The position numbers were made by a program, and so were the translations under genes. This document shows positions 55,049 through 61,000 of a DNA stretch of 64,000 bases, one piece after another. The stretch's first letter is position 1. Each line of letters starts with the position of its first letter. The notes under the pieces were generated by a model. The model saw only the letters and a program-made list of their open reading frames with translations. It did no database searches and was not told the DNA's origin. The DNA is from Chitinophagales bacterium (GTDB lineage: Bacteria; Bacteroidota; Bacteroidia; Chitinophagales; UBA8649), in the NCBI GenBank assembly GCA_020635975.1, contig JACJYT010000002.1, positions 301,540 to 365,539 of the forward strand. The letters are read 5' to 3'.

Positions 55049-58000
55049 ATGAGTAAAATCTACTATTTACCTAGATTTATAGCAAATGGTGTATTAAGAA
55101 ACTTAAACAGAGTTTTCTTATTTAGTTTGTTTAGTTTATTTATTCCTTTGCTTTCTTTTGCAGAGGGTTCGGCTCAATTGAATCCCAATGCTTCAGATTT
55201 GGCATTAATTCAAGTAAACAGTGCTAGTTTCGGACCAGGAATTGCCTATGTTGGTGCTCCAGATATTGAACGTTTGTATTTTAGCATCGAAAATCCAACT
55301 AGTGAGTTGGTTTATTTCGGTTTTGCACTTCCTTACACAGTGAATGGGGTAGCAACGACGAATGCCTTTGGATTTCAAGTAAGAAATTCTGCAGGTACCG
55401 TGGTACATGGCCCTTTTACCATTAATAACTCTAATGTAAACATTACAGGTACGGAAGCGGCAAGGCAGACTTTAAGTGCTAATGGACCAAACGTGCTAGG
55501 AGCCGGGGGCTATTCGGTTACCGCTACTTCTGGACCTAATTTTATTTATATATTCAATCCTGCTAGTTTTGGAGCAGGAGATTACTATGTTGAAATTGGT
55601 ACAGTTTCGGGTGGCGTATTAAATTTTTCTACAGCAGATCAGTATTTTAGACATTTTGATATCACCGTTACTAACAATCCTGCTACGGCAAGAATAAATG
55701 GACGTGCTTACTGTAAGAATTGGACAATAAGAACACCTTGTAATGGATGCCCAGGTGGAGGCACCTTCGATAGATCTTTTACAGGTAAAGTATATATTTA
55801 TGAGGATAGTGGATTCGTTTCTTCTATAGATTTTGCTTCTGCTACTTTTGCTGGACTTGGATTTGAGTTGGCATTTAATTCCACTGGACCAAACAGTGGT
55901 GGTACAGTTGCTGATAATAGAAAGTCTGTCGAGGGACTTTCAACCTTACCAGTTTACAAAGTATTTTTAAATGACCCCGATATAACTTTGTATCCTTCCG
56001 GACCTGTGGGATCGGTTCTAGATGGACCAAGAGCTGTGTACAATGGTGCATGCGTTAGCTCTAATATTTGTTTTGAATATACCGTTTCTGAGCCAGGAAT
56101 CATTGAATTATTGCTAGATTTCGATCAAGCAAGTGGTGCTGGATTGTATGATCCTGGAACTGCAGATGTCTTATTAGTTGGAGAAGCTATTGGTTCAGGA
56201 CCTATTTCTGGTTGTGTAGCTTGGGATGGTTTAGATGGCTTAGGTAGTCCTGTTTCCGATATTTCTGGCCTTACTTTCGAATTAAATTATAGTCAGGCTC
56301 CAACTCACTTTATGATGTATGATGTGGAAAGAGTTAATCCAGGTTTTGCATTAATTCCTGAGCGACCTTTTATTTCTGGTTATGTAGCTGATTTTTTTCA
56401 TGATAGTGAGAATATTCCGGATAATCCCTTGGTTGGAACCACGAATAAGTTGGAGTTGAATGGTTGTTCTCCTTATTGCCAAGAGTGGAACTTAAATACT
56501 GGGTCTCCAGCAAATGGTTTTGGAGAGTCTAACACCATCAACTCTTGGTGGTATGGAAATAGAATTAGTTCGGTGCAAGTTGCAGCTTCTCAACCTAATT
56601 GTCCTCCAATAGCGAATAATGATTTAGTTAGCACAAATGAAGATACTCCGGTTACAGTGGATGTATTGAATAATGATACCGACACCGAATCTGCGATAGA
56701 CACAGTTTTTATTTTAAGCAACCCAAGTAATGGCTCACTTGGAACTCCAAATCCTATTACAGGTGAAATTGTTTATACTCCTAATCCAGAATTTAGTGGT
56801 ACTGATGTTTTCACTTATGTAATTTGTGATGCTGGTGTACCAGAACCTGTATACTGCGATACAGCTACAGTTACTATAAGCGTTAATGCGATAAACGATG
56901 CGCCAGTTGCTACAGATGACAATGCTAGCACTAATGAAGATACACCAGTTACCGTAGATGTCTTAAACAACGATAGTGATGTTGATGGTAACTTAGTTCC
57001 AAGTAGTGTGGCGGAAGTGACAGCACCTGCCAACGGAACAACCAGCGTGAACCCAGCAACGGGAGAAATTACTTATACTCCAGATGCTAACTTCAACGGA
57101 GTAGATAGCTTTACTTATGTAGTATGCGATGATGGAACGCCATTGCCAGCCATGTGCGATACGGCAACAGTTGTAGTAACTGTAGTTGCGGTGAACGATA
57201 ATGTAGTAGCGGTTGACGATGCAGAAACTACAGATGAGGATACGCCGGTTACTGTAGATGTCTTAAACAACGATAGTGATGTTGATGGTAACTTAGTGCC
57301 AAGTAGTGTGGCGGAAGTGACAGCACCTGCCAACGGAACAACTAGTGTGAACCCAGCTACAGGAGAAATTACTTATACACCGGATGCCAACTTTAATGGT
57401 ACAGATAGCTTTACTTATGTGGTATGCGATGATGGTACGCCATTACCTTCTACTTGCGATACAGCTACGGTGGTAATTACAATTAATGCAATAAACGATG
57501 CGCCAGTTTCACTTGATGATGCAAGCAGTACTAATGAAGATACGCCGGTTACTGTAGATGTCTTAAACAACGATAGTGATGTTGATGGCAACTTAGACCC
57601 AAGTAGTGTGGCAGAAGTAACTGCACCTGCCAACGGAACAACCAGTGTGAATCCAGCAACGGGAGAAATTACTTATACCCCAAATGCTAACTTCAACGGA
57701 GTAGATAGCTTTACTTATGTGGTATGTGATGATGGAACGCCATTGCCAGCCATGTGCGATACGGCGACAGTTGTAGTAACGGTAGTTGCGGTGAATGATA
57801 ATGTAGTAGCGGTTGACGATGCAGCAACAACAGATGAGGATACGCCAGTTACTGTAGATGTATTGAACAACGATAGTGATGTTGATGGCAACTTAGTGCC
57901 AAGTAGTGTGGCTGAAGTAACTGCACCGACAAACGGAACAACTAGTGTGAACCCAGCTACAGGAGAAATTACTTATACTCCGGATGCCAACTTTAATGGT

Positions 58001-61000
58001 ACAGATAGCTTTACTTATGTAGTATGCGATGATGGTACGCCATTACCTTCTACTTGCGATACGGCTACGGTGGTAATTACAATTAATGCAATAAACGATG
58101 CGCCAGTTGCTACAGATGACAATGCTAGCACTAATGAAGATACGCCGGTTACTGTAGATGTCTTAAACAACGATAGTGATGTTGATGGTAACTTAGTGCC
58201 AAGTAGTGTGGCAGAAGTAACAGCACCTACAAACGGAACAACTAGTGTGAACCCAGCAACGGGAGAAATTACCTATACTCCAGATGCCAACTTCAACGGA
58301 GTAGATAGCTTTACTTATGTGGTATGCGATGATGGTACGCCATTGCCAGCCATGTGCGATACGGCTACGGTTGTAGTAACTGTAGTTGCGGTGAATGATA
58401 ATGTAGTAGCGGTTGATGATGCAAGCAGCACTAATGAGGATACGCCGGTTACTGTAGATGTATTGAACAACGATAGCGATGTTGATGGTAATTTAGTGCC
58501 AAGTAGTGTGGCGGAAGTGACAGCACCGACAAACGGAACAACCAGCGTGAACCCAGCTACAGGAGAAATTACTTATACTCCGGATGCTAACTTCAACGGA
58601 GTAGATAGCTTTACTTATGTAGTATGCGATGATGGTACGCCATTACCTTCTACTTGCGATACGGCTACGGTAGTAATTACAATTAATGCAATAAACGATG
58701 CGCCGGTTGCTACAGATGACAATGGTAGCACTAATGAGGATACGCCGGTTACTGTAGATGTCTTAAACAACGATAGCGATGTTGATGGTAACTTAGACCC
58801 AAGTAGTGTGGCAGAAGTAACAGCACCTGCCAACGGAACAACTAGTGTGAACCCAGCAACGGGAGAAATTACCTATACTCCAGATGCCAACTTCAACGGA
58901 GTAGATAGCTTTACTTATGTGGTATGCGATGATGGTACGCCATTGCCAGCCATGTGCGATACGGCTACGGTTGTAGTAACTGTAGTTGCGGTGAATGATA
59001 ATGTAGTAGCGGTTGATGATGCAAGCAGCACTAATGAGGATACGCCGGTTACTGTAGATGTATTGAACAACGATAGCGATGTTGATGGTAATTTAGTGCC
59101 AAGTAGTGTGGCGGAAGTGACAGCACCGACAAACGGAACAACCAGCGTGAACCCAGCTACAGGAGAAATTACTTATACTCCAAATGCCAACTTTAATGGT
59201 ACAGATAGCTTTACTTATGTAGTATGCGATGATGGTACGCCATTACCTTCTACTTGCGATACGGCTACGGTGGTAATTACAATTAATGCAATAAACGATG
59301 CGCCAGTTGCTACAGATGACAATGCTAGCACTAATGAAGATACACCAGTTACTGTAGATGTATTAAACAACGATAGTGATGTTGATGGTAACTTAGTGCC
59401 AAGTAGTGTGGCGGAAGTAACCGCACCTGCTAACGGAACAACCAGTGTGAACCCAGCAACGGGAGAAATTACTTATACTCCAGATGCCAACTTCAACGGA
59501 GTAGATAGCTTTACTTATGTGGTATGTGATGATGGAACGCCATTGCCAGCCATGTGCGATACGGCAACAGTGGTAGTAACTGTAGTTGCCGTGAATGATA
59601 ATGTAGTAGCTGTTGACGATGCAGCAACAACAGATGAAGATACGCCGGTGATGGTAGATGTATTAAACAACGATAGCGATGTTGATGGTAACTTAGACCC
59701 AAGTAGTGTGGCTGAAGTGACAGCACCTGCCAACGGAACAACTAGTGTGAACTCAGCAACAGGAGAAATTACCTATTCTCCTAACTTGGGTTACTTAGGT
59801 CTTGATAGTTTCACTTATGTAGTATGTGATGATGGAACGCCATTACCTTCTACTTGCGATACGGCGACAGTAGTGGTAACTATTGCACCTATTAATGATC
59901 AACCAGTGGCATTAGATGACAGTGCTAGCACTAATGAAGATACACCAGTTACTGTAGATGTATTAAACAACGATAGTGATGTTGATGGTAACTTAGTTCC
60001 AAGTAGTGTGGCGGAAGTGACAGCACCTACAAACGGAACAACTAGTGTGAACCCAGCAACGGGAGAAATTACTTATACTCCTGATGCCAACTTCAACGGA
60101 GTAGATAGCTTTACTTATGTAGTATGTGATGACGGTACGCCATTACCTTCTACTTGCGATACCGCTACGGTAGTGATTACAATTAATGCAACAAATGACA
60201 ATGTTCTTGCGGTTGACGATGCAGCAACAACAGATGAAGATACGCCAGTTATTGTAGATGTATTGAACAACGATAGCGATGTTGATGGTAACTTAGACCC
60301 AAGTAGTGTGGCTGAAGTAACCGCACCTGTCAACGGAACAACGAGTGTGAACCCCGCAACGGGAGAAATTACTTATACTCCGGATGTCAACTTTAATGGT
60401 ACAGATAGCTTTACTTATGTAGTATGTGATGACGGTACGCCATTACCTTCTACTTGCGATACGGCGACAGTAGTGGTAACTATTGCACCTATTAATGATC
60501 AACCAGTAGCATTAGATGACAGCGCTAGCACTAATGAAGATACACCAGTTACTGTAGATGTCTTAAACAACGATAGTGATGTTGATGGTAACTTAGACCC
60601 AAGTAGTGTGGCGGAAGTAACAGCACCTACGAACGGAACAACCAGCGTGAACCCAGCAACGGGAGAAATTACTTATACTCCAGATGCTAACTTCAACGGA
60701 GTAGATAGCTTTACTTATGTGGTATGTGATGATGGAACGCCATTGCCAGCCATGTGCGATACGGCTACGGTTGTAGTAACTGTAGTTGCGGTGAATGATA
60801 ATGTAGTAGCTGTAGACGATGCAGAAACTACAGATGAGGATACGCCGGTTACTGTAGATGTATTGAACAACGATAGTGATGTTGATGGCAACTTAGTGCC
60901 AAGTAGTGTGGCAGAAGTAACCGCACCTGCTAACGGAACAACTAGTGTGAACCCAGCTACAGGAGAAATTACTTATACTCCAAATGCCAACTTTAATGGT

